A stretch of 64,000 bases of DNA from NCBI RefSeq assembly GCF_963506605.1, contig NC_083279.1, forward strand, positions 88,164,001-88,228,000, written 5' to 3'. The stretch is from Zootoca vivipara (Eukaryota). The position numbers and the translations under genes are program-made. Shown here one piece after another: positions 13,103 to 25,419 of this stretch (position 1 is the stretch's first letter; each line of letters begins with the position of its first letter). The notes under the pieces were generated by a model, which did no database searches, was not told the DNA's origin, and worked only from the letters and a program-made list of their open reading frames with translations.

Positions 13103-13499
13103 CTCACCTCTGCATAATTCCATCCTTATTTCAGACCTTGTGATATGTAGCTATGTTTAGCTGGTGATATACCACGATGCTGAAAACCAGATTATCACCC
13201 AGCCCTCACACAGACTGTGATTCGCAATATGTTGCCAGGTCAGATATTATGAAACAGTTATCACAAAGTGGACTTCAAACTGGTTTGGGACGGTAAGTCG
13301 CCCAACCCTGAGATATTTAAACAAGAGGTGGTGGGGATTAAATCAGGGGATCTTTCTGAATGAAAGGAAAGTGGGGGCAAGGTTATGTAAAGTGCCATCT
13401 GTCTTGATGGCGACGTCACCAACATCATGGTGTAAGAATGAATGCCTTGAACAATCTCTCCAAAGATGCAAAGCGAGAGGAGCTGATGCAATGAAATTT

Positions 13500-13925
13500 T
13501 CTCTCTTTCTCTTTCTCTCTTTGGTGATAACTCGTAGCTGAGTAAGATTGTCTTCCATAAACACGGTTTTAACAATGGGTCCGTAAGTGACTGTGGAGGC
13601 CAATTCTGGATCCACACGTCCTTCCACAGTGGGGACATTGGTTTCCTGGCGGGAGTTGATCATGGTGTAGATTTGCCAAGCGTGCCTTCCTCTTAGCATG
13701 TTTCTCCCTTGCGTCCTGAGATCGAGTTTCTTCAAAGTCCATGACACCTTTGGTAAAGGCTGTTCTCTAACTGGAGTGCTCGCAGGCCAGTGTTTTCCAG
13801 TTGTCAGTGTTTGTACTACATTTTTTTTAAAGATTTGCCTTGAGACAGTCTTTAAACCTCTTTTGTTGACCACCAGCGTTACGCTTTCCATTTTTAATTC
13901 TTCTGCAATGGCGTTTGGAGTATAG
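13500..13925 (-). mobile_element. RTE-clade LINE 3' fragment (non-BovB)
   Basis: Homologous to 44630-45350; includes the CPHCGRTCGSRIGLHSH zinc-finger-like region and a purine-rich tail. Confidence 0.8.
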
Positions 13926-15895
13926 CACACTTGGCACACCATATAGCATCTGGCTATATAGAAAGGCTGTGTGTTCCAGTAATTAAAAACTGCTCAGCAC
14001 GACGTCAAATCCAGCCTCCCTTTTATAGCTCACGTACCACTAAGCCAAGAATTTAATATAACCTCAGATGAATGGTGCAGGCAGCTCCTCAACAGATCTG
14101 TTCCACAGATAAGACACCCTTTCATAAAAATGGAAGCTAAAAATAACAAAGGTAGGGCTGGTTGGTTGTCACCCCCACCCCCACTCCCCCCGCCGGCCAA
14201 ATCTTCATTTTTATTACATTTTCCTTTCAATGAAACTCTATCTCGGCAGTGGCAAAACATACATATTTATCAAACTCCTTCAAACGGTAATGATAAATGA
14301 AAGCACCCTTCAACTCAAATATACCTGCAGAAGCATTTGGAAAGACTGAAATGAGATGCAGCTTGTCTCGAGCAATGTGTTTACCCTACTCATCTCCCAA
14401 AGATGAAACACTAGCAAGAAGAGATCCCCCTGCCTCCACCTTTTGAAGCTTTCCTTAGTGTTATAGGTTCCTAGCACCAGTTAATTTGGAAACACAGCAT
14501 TTCCCCCTCCTTCCACTTCCAGCCCCTAAACTGGAAAGTTTCTGTTTCGATTAATGCAAACCCATCTTTGAGGCCATTTCAATTGCTATTGCCGTTTAAT
14601 ATGAGAAAATTTAGAATTGTGTTATGAAACTGCTGCGCGGGCTCAGAAGAATTCAGTCTGCCCAATTTATAATCATTTAAAATCCCACCTTTGCTTAATG
14701 GAATTTCCAGGGAATCACTTAAGGAGGAGGGATAACTCTTTAAAGCCCAAGCGTAGGTTAACACTTTAAAAGCTTCAAAATCAAAAGCACCTCGATCAAA
14801 ACCTACAAACCTTGAGAGGGCTGGCTCCAGTCCTTCACGCAACTGGAAGCAGCAACTTTTTGCCTAAGCAGTTTGCGGCCTCCAGGTATTTTCTAGACCA
14901 GGTGGTCAAAGATCTGTAGGTTTCCCATACCCCTCCTTGAGGTGAACTTTTAATAAGAAAAACTTGACTCTTGTTGTGAGTAGAGATATACTTTACACGC
15001 AATTAATTATCTAGGAAACAAAAATATGGGCATACAAGTGACAGAATCTGGCATTTTCAAGGTCATGAATTCTAGATCCCTACTGTTCTAAGATCAAACA
15101 GGAGTCTGTGAGTGAGGCTTCATTTGGCCAAAAGCCTCCGAGTGACTGTAGCTGCTGGTGTGTGCGTATATAACTATCAAAAGTGTTTTTTTAAATGCAT
15201 GATATCCTGCAGGTACACAAGCCAGAGAGCCAAGACTGATCACGTTGCCCGGACGTATATTTTGAAAAGTGGTTTGCCTTTCTGTCCGTCCATTCTCCAA
15301 AGGTTTGGCTGCTTCTTGACATATCATCACTAAACTCAGCACAAGGGTCCCCAAGGTGGGATATTCACTGCCTTTTGGATGCCAGGTACCATTCTGAATC
15401 AAGATGATGGACCAACTTTGCTTGGTTTGGGGCATAGGTTTGGCCACCTCTCAATGCATCATTGAAAAACTTGGGAGAAGGGCAGCCAAGGACATTTTGG
15501 CACCTGAGGCAAAATGCCCTGGTACTGCCCCACAATCTGCTCTAGGAGCCTTTGCAGAGTCCCCCGCACCTGACCCAGCAGTGAGGCTCTGCCCAAGGTT
15601 TTCCTTAAGGAGAGGCCCTTGCCAAATCTCCCTTCCTGCCCAGTGGGATAGAAAGGACCTGCAAGGGCCTTAAGGGAAAACTCTTGCAAAGCCTTGCCAC
15701 CTCACTGGGGTACAACACTGTGACTTTGGTGTGACTTGGCCATCTTTTGGGCAGGGTGGGTCCAAACTAACCCATCACACTATCTACTTATTTATTTTTT
15801 AATGATGACTTCTACATATTTCTGGGCTGCTCCAGCTGTTCCATGCTATGGCTTATTTTATGGGTATGTCTTAAAATATGAGAAACAGGGTAGTA

Positions 15896-16114
15896 CAGTG
15901 GTGCCTCGACTTACGAAGGCGATCCGTTCCGCGGCGCTCTTAGAAAGTCGAGGTCTTCAGTTGTCAAAGTGCCCGTTTTGCGCATGCGCAAAGCGCGATT
16001 TTGCGCTTCTGCGCAGGCGCAGAACGCACGCACGGCAAAAAGACTTCCAGGGTTGTCGACTTCGGAAGTCGAAACCTTTGGAAGTCGAGTCATTCGGATG
16101 TCGAGGTACCACTG
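15896..16114. mobile_element. Tigger/pogo-like MITE with CpG-rich palindromic core
   Basis: TIRs CAGTGGTGCCTCGAC / GTCGAGGTACCACTG, TA TSD. Confidence 0.85.
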
Positions 16115-18398
16115 TACAGAATTACGACAGTCCCGGTTCTACAGCAGTGCAGCATGTGGAACAGTGTTGTGGAAGGAATGCTTGGACCACAAGGCAGGTG
16201 GTCTATAAGACTGTAGGTTCTGAAATTTTCAAGCACGGGGTGGACCAGGCCCACCTAGAAATCACTTGGCTATGCACAACAACCGGAGATTTATTGACAA
16301 CTGAAGGTGTCCTCCCAGTACAAATTGTGTCACATCTAAATAAGTCCCTTGGTGCCTTCGAAAGAATCCAGGGGAGGTGGGAAGCGCATCACAAATGAAG
16401 ATTGTGTGGCTTTATTAGATTTGCACCTCATTACGCAGGACCCAAAGGTGAGATGATGTGTTTAACAGCGATCATTAGGTCAGTTACTGCAGTCCTCTTG
16501 TCACAGTGATGGGAGAAGCAAAAAATATAGATTTTATTGTTTTCACTCTCCCCCCACCCTTTGTACTTTTGCTTACTTTTACAGGTTTCCAGAAAACCAA
16601 TAAACAACAGCCAGGGTCAGTTCCTAAGTAGTAACAAAGGCGCCGCACATAAAATACATGAACTTCTCTCTCCTTAAGGCTTATTGAAGACTTTATAGAT
16701 GAAATACCATTCAGCAGTTCTTGGGTTGACACTTCCCGAGCTAATGTAACGCATTTTCCTGGATTTAGCAATGCACTTTCCTGTGTGGTTTGTATTCCAC
16801 GTGAAAGTTACAAAATTGTTTTATTATTTAAAAGTTCCCCATTTTACCATTATAAGTGTGTGTTTTGCATGTAAAATGTTCCTACAAACTGTGCAAAATG
16901 TGAGAGTGCAATTTGATTGAGCAGCACAGAACAGATCTATGTTTGATTGCCAGTAAAAATTGAAACAGGATTAAATTAGCTTATTCCTCCTTTTCAAAAA
17001 TGCGGTGTTTGGGGTTTCTTCACCCAGCAATGCTAACCTGAAACTTGCACAGGAATCAAGGAACAGTCTAATTGTGATATACTTTGTCTTAAAACTGAGA
17101 CAAATGCAGATTTTATGGCTTTAACACAGTGGCTGGGCCCCTCCGGCCCACATGTCAATCTTGGTCCACTACAGAATCACATTTGATCCACAAGGCCATG
17201 TTTGAAAAACACAGCTGATAAGCAGGGGTTAAACCCTGCTTAGTTTAGCTTCATGCACGAGTTCTCCTGTTAGGAACAGGAGCATGCAGCAAACCATTTG
17301 AAAACACTTTTGCAAAGAGCACATTAGTATTTGAACCTCGAAGAACCAGGGGCTTAAAATAGCAGACTGGGGTGTTTGCAAAAGGGCTTTCAAACAGCCC
17401 TCTGCTGCACTTGGAAGTTTCAGCAGTCGAGGCTTCGAAGCTGTGTCACCATGGCCCACCACGGCTGGAAGAATGAGGATGTGACCCCCGCCACCAAAAA
17501 AGGTTCCCCGCTCCTGCTTTAACACTAAGATAGTTCCCTACCCCACCCCAACTCCTATGCTTAACATCCAACATGACAAAAAATCCTGCAGAACTCAAAG
17601 GTTTGCTTATTATCTAGTGACATTATGAACAAGCCTTATTGTCACCTAGAGACAGAATCCCACAAGGGAGGAAACCCTATGGCTATCTCCTGGGGTATGG
17701 TTTTCCAGACAGAGAACTCTTTAAAAGTCATCTGAAGCTAAATCTCTGGACCATGTACTGTAGTTGCTAACTACGCTACCTTTACACAATGCAAGTGTCA
17801 GGCCTGCAGCTCAAACAGACTTTTAAATGTTTTCACTGCCTTTTTTCCTAAACCAGACCCCAGAGTGTATACACTGCTGTCTGGCTTTCATATTCAGCTT
17901 GGGATCTTGATGTCTGATTAAACAGTTTGAATTAGCCCAAACAGAAACCCTTTTCATCTTGTTCTTTAATAACAAATGGGGAAAAAAATTATAGGCCTTT
18001 GGAGAAAGAAATGTATCATGTACTTCAACCACAGCAACCCGTGAATGACAACTATGTACATAAAGACTGTTCTTTGCACCAAATTAGCAAGTGTGCTCCG
18101 TATATTACAGTGTGGGTATCTAACTCAGTGGGGAGAAAGGGCCGCTACGGTGTATTTATTGGGGAGCTGGTATGCTTGCTCCCTGCTTCTTGAAAGTTCC
18201 CAGCAGGGAAACTTGTTTATTTTCTCTTTTTTATTATTGCATTTATATCCCACTCTTGCTTCTGAAAAAAAACTTGCAGGACTTTTCTCATCGCAAGCTG
18301 TTAAATTGGAGGAATCAACTATGTTGCTATCCTGCACTCAATGGTTTCATATAGATGCTAAAGAGCATGGGGGATCAAACTGAATATAATAATTTATT

Positions 18399-18902
18399 AT
18401 AGAAACATAGGGTTGGAAGAGACCACAAGGGCCATCCAGTCCAACCCCCTGCCAAGCAGGAAACACCATCAAAGCATTCCTGACAGATGGCTGTCAAGCC
18501 TCCGCTTAAAGACCTACAAAGAAGGAGACTCCACCGCACTCCTGGGTAGCAAATTCCACTGCCAAACAGCTCTTACTGCCAGGAAGTTCTTCCTAATGTT
18601 AAGGTGGAATCTTTTTTCTTGTAGCTTGAATCCATTGCTCTGTGTCCGCTTCTCTGGAGCAGCAGAAAACAACCTTTCTCCCTCCTCTATATGACATCCT
18701 TTCATATATTTGAACATGGCTATCATATCACCCCTTAACCTTCTCTTCTCCAGGCTAAACATACCCAGCTCCCTAAGCCGTTCCTCATAAGGCATTGTAT
18801 CCAGGCCTTTGACCATTTTGGTTGCCCTCTTCTGGACACGTTCCAGCTTGTCAGTATCCTTCTTGAACTGTGGTGCCCAGAACTGGACACAGTATTCCAG
18901 GT
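18399..18902 (-). mobile_element. CR1 LINE 3' fragment
   Basis: [33 protein letters not shown]...RRLRGDMIAMFKY, the CR1 ORF2 C-terminus. Confidence 0.93.
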
Positions 18903-18970
18903 ATTTATAATTTATACCTGCCCATCTGGCTGGGTTTTCCCAGTCACTCTGGGTGGCTCCCAACAGAATA

Positions 18971-19019
<49 letters not shown>

Positions 19020-19840
19020 GTGATAAAAGAACAAACATTAAAAACTTCCCTAAACAGGGCTGCCTTCAGATGTCTTCTAAAGTTAGATAGTTGTTTATTT
19101 CCTTGACATCTGATGGGAGGGCATTCCACAGGGCAGATGTCACCACCGAGAAGGCCCTCTGCAACCTCACTTCTCGCTGGACCTCAGTGTCCGGGCTGAA
19201 AAATGGGGGTGGAGATGCTCTGAGGAATGCCACACTGAAGACTCCACAGGGCCAAGCAGCACTGCTCAAGCATCACCCTCTGGAAACAACCGTCCAAGTA
19301 GGACTGAAACCACTGCAAAGCTGGCTGCCCACTTCTAACTTGGACACTCGTTCCAGAAGGATACCGTGGTTGATGGTTATTGAGAGCTGCTGAGAGGTCA
19401 AGGAGAAATAAAGGGGTCACATTTCCCATCTCTCTCCCAACAGATACCCATACCTGCCAAGTTGCTGTCAGAGAAATAAGGGACCGGGCCGGAAGTAGCA
19501 GACCGGGCCGGAAGTAGCAGACCGCCATTTTGGAACTGGGCGGAGCATGCTCAGAAGTGAGTTTTGATGCTGCTTTGCCCAGTTCCAAAATGGCCGCCGC
19601 GCCAGAAGTAGCACTGCAGCCATTTTGGAACTGGGCAGAGCAGCATCAAAAGTCGCTTCTGAGCATGCTCCGCCCAGTTCCAAAATGGCCGCTGCACCAG
19701 AATAAACCGGGGAAAAACAAAACAAAAAAATTTTCAGCTAGGAACGGATTTCCCGGGGAATATGGGAGACTTGGCAGCTATGGATATCGCCAAACTGGGC
19801 AACCCAAGCAGTTTCTGTGCCCAATCTATGACTGCACATA
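18903..19840 (-). mobile_element. L2 LINE fragment (deleted, interrupted by a MITE, internal (AAT)n)
   Basis: RAFSVV..ALWNALP..VK and FRRHLKAALFRE motifs, LLDLSAA RT motif; 3' end shared with the 40467 and 52010 copies. Confidence 0.8.
19449..19782. mobile_element. MITE with nested inverted repeats (superfamily uncertain)
   Basis: TIRs CATACCTGCCAAGT / ACTTGGCAGCTATG; interrupts L2; no clean 8-bp TSD visible. Confidence 0.75.
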
Positions 19841-21476
19841 GGTGACAGCAAGGTCAGGCCTATGTAGGTGCACTGTGTAGTTCTGGATTGGGTCCACTGG
19901 TGGATTTGCACAGCCCCAACCTTACTGCAGTCTCATCCCTTCAGACGGGAGGCTTCCTGCTGTGTCTCTGCCTCACCAGGCAAGCCACTCCTGTTCCCAC
20001 CATCGCTGTCTTTCATCTACGTTGCCGGGGGCAGATGTGAGATCCAGGCCAACAACATCTGGAAGGTCACAGTTTCCTTATCTCTGCTATAGATCTCCAG
20101 CTTTTAAGGGTTCTTTATTCACTGGCACAGAAGAAGCAGACAAGAGGAAGGGGGCAGCGGCGGCGAGTTCGCGCTGCCGATCCGCGGCTCGTCTCGGGGC
20201 AAAGCTCAATGCAAAGGCGGCTCTTAATGAAATTTCTGGAAAAAAATGCAAACTAATGCTTTCTAATTTCCTCACTTAATCTAATGTCACAGCTGTCCCA
20301 TTAACGCCAGCAGCTATTAGATACTTAAACAACCAGCTTGTTGAACTGCAATTTTATCATATGGCTATATCCCTCCGCTCCTTCCTTCTCCCGGTTTTGA
20401 TAATGCTCCATAATGGCGGTGAGGGGGTAATTTAAATCTCTGAAAGCCATCAGACCCATAATCATCTCTGGAAAATGAGTACATTTAATGCATTTTGCAT
20501 AATAATAATAAAAAAGGACACCTGATACAAGCACGAGGTTCAAACATCAAGCCGGCTCACCCTACTACAGCTTATTTCTACAGTAATTAACGTTCCTTCT
20601 GAACTGCCTTTTTTCGTTAAAAGAAGCCAAACAACTCCATTGAACAAAACACATGCAGAACAAGAAACCCAGTAATGTTTGCTCCACCCATCCAAAAGCC
20701 CATTTGGCAGAGTCTCGCATTTTTGATGGGGTCAGGAGTGCACCGACTGTTTCAGCGCCGCCACAACCTGCATTATTTACAGTTATCACAACATAATACA
20801 CAGGCAGTAATGGAGTCACCGATAGGCCACCATTTGCTTTTCGGTAAGAGGACGGCAGCAAAGGAAAGCATGCGATTTTGTGTCTCCACTGGGACAGATA
20901 AAACTGAGCAATTAACTCTTTTTCATGGTGATCGACAGATAGGATTTCATTGCTGCTGAAATAATTAAAGAAAAGCTAGAACGAATTCATTCCGTGCCCA
21001 AAGCTTAATATCCAGCACCTAATTTTTAAAGCCCCAACCAAGGGGCTTTTTTATTGAAAATATGTTACTTTCCCCCCTGTGATGCTCTTGCAATCCCACT
21101 TTCAATGTTGCTTGTGCGTGCAGAGGTTTCGGGGTGGTCACACTGCTTCGTTTCCAATCTGTGCATATCTCATAACACCCCACAGAAATCCCGTGACTTT
21201 TATTCTTTTTCAGCTTTCTATTAAATGGAATCCTGTAAATTCTTATACCACAAACATTCTGGTTTGGTTTTTGCCCTGCTTCAGCTGCACTGTAGCTCCT
21301 CCAGAAAGCAATAATGTGGTAGCATTGGGGAAGCACCTCAGAACTTAAGTCCACCACTAACAAATTATAGCTGCCTCGAGAACATGTTGCAAAATATACC
21401 CACAGTAAAACACACCAGTCTGGAAGGACCCCGGATCTAGCAAATGTGCACACGAAAGAAGCTTCTGTGCCTAGAT

Positions 21477-21612
21477 CAGGCATCCCCAAACTGCAGCCCT
21501 CCAGATGTTTTGGCCTACAACTCCCATGATCCCTAGCTGACAGGACCAGTGGTCGGGGAAGATGCGAATTGTAGTCCAAAACATCTGGAAGGCCGAAGTT
21601 TGGGGGTGCCTG
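21477..21612. mobile_element. Young 136-bp hAT MITE
   Basis: TIRs CAGGCATCCCCAAACT / AGTTTGGGGGTGCCTG, perfect 8-bp TSD GCCTAGAT; near-identical to the 46524 and 61969 copies. Confidence 0.92.
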
Positions 21613-21669
21613 GCCTAGATTAACTTGACAGGAAGAGAACTATCAAGCATTGTGGGTTCCGATGCTTAT

Positions 21670-21677
21670 CTGCCTTG

Positions 21678-21724
<47 letters not shown>

Positions 21725-21800
21725 TTATTATTTATACCCCGCCCATCTGGCCGGGTTCCCCCAGCCACTCTGGGCGGCTTCCAACAAAACATTAAAATAC
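21670..21800 (-). mobile_element. L2 3' end with (AAT)n tail
   Basis: TTTATACCCCGCCCATCTGGC..CCAGCCACTCTGGGCGGCTTCC is the reverse complement of the L2 terminus at ~41100-41170. Confidence 0.85.
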
Positions 21801-22110
21801 AGAAAGGGAATCCAAAATTGAACCATCTGGTGCGGCTCCCATTTACACAACCCAATGTGGATAACAGTGCACACTTCCATCACCTTGTAGGGTTGATTAT
21901 CCATTGGTCAAGATTGAGCATGGTTATATACAGAAACCAGTTCTACTCAAGAGTAGACCCACTGAAAGTAACGGGCTTAAGTTAGTCATGCCAATGAGCG
22001 TCAATGGGTCTCCTCTGAGTATGTCTAATATTAGATATAATCCACAGAGACTATACTTGAATCACCACCGAGGCACCTACGTTTCCGATTTAGTTTGCAG
22101 CAACACTTAC

Positions 22111-25100
22111 CTGTTTCCTCATCTACATTGAACCGTCCAAGCCCGCTGCCATCTCGGATAGAGTACTGGATCTCGCCATCCCTGCCGGTATCGTCGTCCC
22201 TCGCGCTCACTTGCAAAACGCTTGTTCCGATGCGCGAGTTTTCCTTCACTGATCCAATGACGGCGAAGTCGGTAAAATAAGGGGTGTAGAGGTTTTCATT
22301 CACATCCACGACTTCGACTTCCACAAAGGAAACCGAGGATAAAGAAACCGGGCGGCCTTTATCCTTTGCCCTCACGGTTAGGTTGTAGAACTGCTGCTTC
22401 TCGTAGTCGAGCTCTTTGCTTAGGCGGATAGCACCGCTGGCTTTGTCAATTTCAAACCTCCCATTGTAATCGTTCACCAAGGAATAGCGCACTTGGCCTC
22501 CAAGACCAAGATCAGGGTCTTGAGTTTCAAGCCAAGCAATGACGGTACCAACTGGCAGATCTTCCAGGACCTTCACACTATAGCTAGGGGGGATGAATGC
22601 TGGGGAACAATCATTGACGTCATCCAAAAAAACATTCAGAGGGACGACAGAAAACTGCTGGTGCCCACTCTCAGCTCTGTCTCTCGCCTCTATCTTTAAT
22701 GTATAATTTGCCTTCGATTCCCTGTCTAAATGGTCCCCCGTGTATACTATTCCCGTGGAGCTGTTGATAACAAATTGCTGCGTGTCTGTCAATATGGAGT
22801 AAGTCACTTCCCCGTTGGGCCCCAAATCCCTATCTCTAGCCTCTACCTGGATAATTTCCACACCAATACCAGTACTTTCCAACATATTAACCGAGTAGCC
22901 TTCCTGCAAAAATAGAGGCGCGTTGTCGTTTGCATCCTCTACGGTTATAGTAAGCAATCTCCACGTGGCTTTCTGGGGGTTGCCTAAGTCATAAATGGTG
23001 ATGTTCAGGAGATAGAGCTCTGTTTTTTCGCGATCCAGGGGCAAAAGGACCTTAAGCAGCCCTGTCTCCACTTCAAGGTTAAAGCAGCTGTCTGTGTTGC
23101 CATCCGATATGGTATACAGCACTTTCCCGTTAAAGCCGGAATCGGCATCGTAGGCCTTGATTTGGAATATGGTGGCCCCGACGGGAAGGTCCTCTCTGAC
23201 GGATACGTCGGAAGGAAAGGATTTGTCAAAATGTGGGGCCTGCCTGTTCACGGAATAGAAATCCAGGAAGCCATCTTCAGTATTTAGCTTGACGTTGGCT
23301 TTAGCCTTTTTCAGCAACTTCTCCGCCAGCCTCTGTGCAACTCTGGTCTCTCGGCAGCTAAAGGTTTTAGAAGACACTTTCCCGTGAACCACAGAAATGT
23401 TGACAAACATGGAATCGGCGAAATTCTCCCCGTCGGTTGCTGTTACCCTAAGTCCAAAGTTGCTGCTCTTCACGCCTGCACCAGACAGGGACTTTTTGAG
23501 CTGCAGAACCCCCGAGTCTGGATTCAGGTAAAAGAAGCCCAGCTCATTACCCGAAATTATTTTGTATTTCACAAGCTCCAACTCGTCTATGTCTATAGCA
23601 GAGACCGCTGTGATGTGCCCGCCAACAGGGAAATCGGATGAAATCACTCCCTGACAAGCCACCTTTTCAAACAACGGCTTGTTATCGTTTACGTTGCCTA
23701 TGTATATTGTGACATTCACCTCGCTTTCATGGCGGTAAGGCGAGCCCCAGTCTGAGGCCCTGACAATAAACCTGTAGCTCTCCGGGGAGGACTCAAAATC
23801 CAGCTCTTCAGATGTGCTAATAACCCCAGTAAACTGGTTGATGGAAAAGGGGAGTGAATTCAGACTAGCAATGCTGTAGGTGATGTAGCCGTTTTCTCCC
23901 CGATCCTTATCAAAAGCAGAAACTGACAAAATGCTAGTACCCACAGGGACACTTTCATTGACATAGGAGCTATATGAAGGTTGTGTAAACTCTGGGATGT
24001 GATCATTGGCATCTTCTATCCTGACAGTAACATGTGTTTTCAAGTATCCTTCCTTGTTCGTTACTTCTAAGTCATAAAATTCCTTGTCAACAATTTTTAA
24101 AGGCCGTGCAGTGGTAATTAGACCTGTCCTGGGATTAATCTTAAAATACTCTGCATCCTCGCTGAGAGACAATTTATATCCTTCGCCCTGCGGTTCTGGA
24201 GTTAGTTTAACTATAGCAACGACTACTCCAGGAGGAGAGAATTCACTGATGGCCACATCATATGTTTCCTTTTCAAACTTTACAGGGCTGCTTCCTCTGT
24301 TGGGACTGGCAATATGTACCAGTTTCACAGCCGAAAACTTTTGAGGGGACCCTTTGTCTTTTGCTTGGAGCGTAAGATTGCAACCATATGGGAAATGGTC
24401 CCAATCAATGGGCTTTTTCTCTTTGATTTTGTACTCGTTCATCCATCTGCCATCCTTAGTCAAGTGGAAATGTTCCAAGGGATCTCCAGCAACAATAGAA
24501 AGAGATTCTATCTCGCCGTTGGCACCTTCATCTAAGTCGTCCACATTAACAATAGCATATGTGGGCTCCTTTTCCGAAGGGAAGGGAATGTGGGTTACGA
24601 CATTGATAGTTGGGGCGTGTTCGTTTATCCGCTCAATATGTATGTAAAGTTTGGCAGTGCTGCTTACTCCATTGTTACCATAGAGTTTCATCCCACGGTC
24701 CACAGCCAAAACTTCAAGGTCATACCGGTTTTTCTCATCATAGTTTAGCCGGCCGCTTAAGGAGATAACCCCACTAGTTGGATGGACAGAGAAGAGGTCG
24801 ACTTTATTTTTAAAGTAGTAATAGAATTCACCGTTGGAACCAATATCAGCATCTGTCGCTGTAACCTGTGCGATGCTAGTCCTTAGAGGAATGCTCTCTG
24901 CTATGGTTACGGAATAGGTGGTTGGTGAAAACAAAGGCCGCAAATCGTTCATGTCTAAAACCTGGATGTTCACTTTCGTCCACGCTTCCAAGTCTTCTCC
25001 GCGGACAGAGCCCTTGATGATCAACAAATAGTTGTCCTGGATTTCTCGATTCAATATGGCAGAATTCCCACCTTTAGTCCTTATCCTAAGGAAGCAGAAA

Positions 25101-25402
25101 TCGGCTATTACAACTTCCTCTGCCTTGAAAAAGCCTTCATCGTCGCCAGACACTATCCTGTATTTGATATCCCAAGAGAGGTCCGCCATGGTGATGCCCA
25201 TTCTACTTTGGCTGTTAAGGTAGGTCCGTGCCGCAGAGTTCTCGTACACTGTGGTGTTGTATACGGAATGTGTGAAGTGGAAGCCAAATGGCATTGCCCC
25301 TTGAAGGCCATGGCAGGCGTTGGCCAAGAGCTGAACAAGCAGGAAGACTAGGCCAGGCGTGGGGGCCAAAGGACCTGACCAATGGCCCATATTTCTCTCC
25401 AT
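22111..25402 (-). CDS. FAT3: Protocadherin Fat 3, first (giant) coding exon: signal peptide plus ~10 cadherin repeats; continues in exons outside the window
   Basis: Uninterrupted 1097 codons + 1 nt with repeated cadherin motifs (DxNDxxPxF, LDRE/LDYE, AxDxD). N-terminus MERNMGHW...[22 protein letters not shown]...[26 protein letters not shown] resembles FAT3 as recalled. True ATG at 25402 (the ORF track starts at an upstream GTG). Acceptor TTTTCTTTTCTTAAAG|G at 25420/25419; donor ACAG|GTAAGT at 22111/22110. Confidence 0.97.
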
Positions 25403-25419
25403 CACATCATTCTTTCATC
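25403..25419 (-). other. FAT3: 17-nt 5'-UTR part of the FAT3 giant exon
   Basis: GATGAAAGAATGATGTG lies between the polypyrimidine/AG acceptor and the ATG. Confidence 0.85.

Noticed and set aside
15736-16398. 220-aa ORF as a novel gene
   Set aside because: Runs through a MITE, starts at a non-ATG codon and has no recognisable domain.
19482-19700. CRISPR-like repeat-spacer array
   Set aside because: Repeats are inverted and internal to a eukaryotic MITE, the spacers are copies of each other, and there are no cas genes.
22031-22110. Last 26 aa of the 1124-aa ORF as part of canonical Fat3
   Set aside because: Lies beyond the GTAAGT donor and cadherin similarity stops there; intronic read-through.
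22095-25223. Short plus-strand ORFs antisense to FAT3
   Set aside because: Expected shadows of a long coding exon; no independent coding signal.
25403-25405. ORF-track start at 25405
   Set aside because: It is a GTG; the ATG at 25402 is the plausible start.
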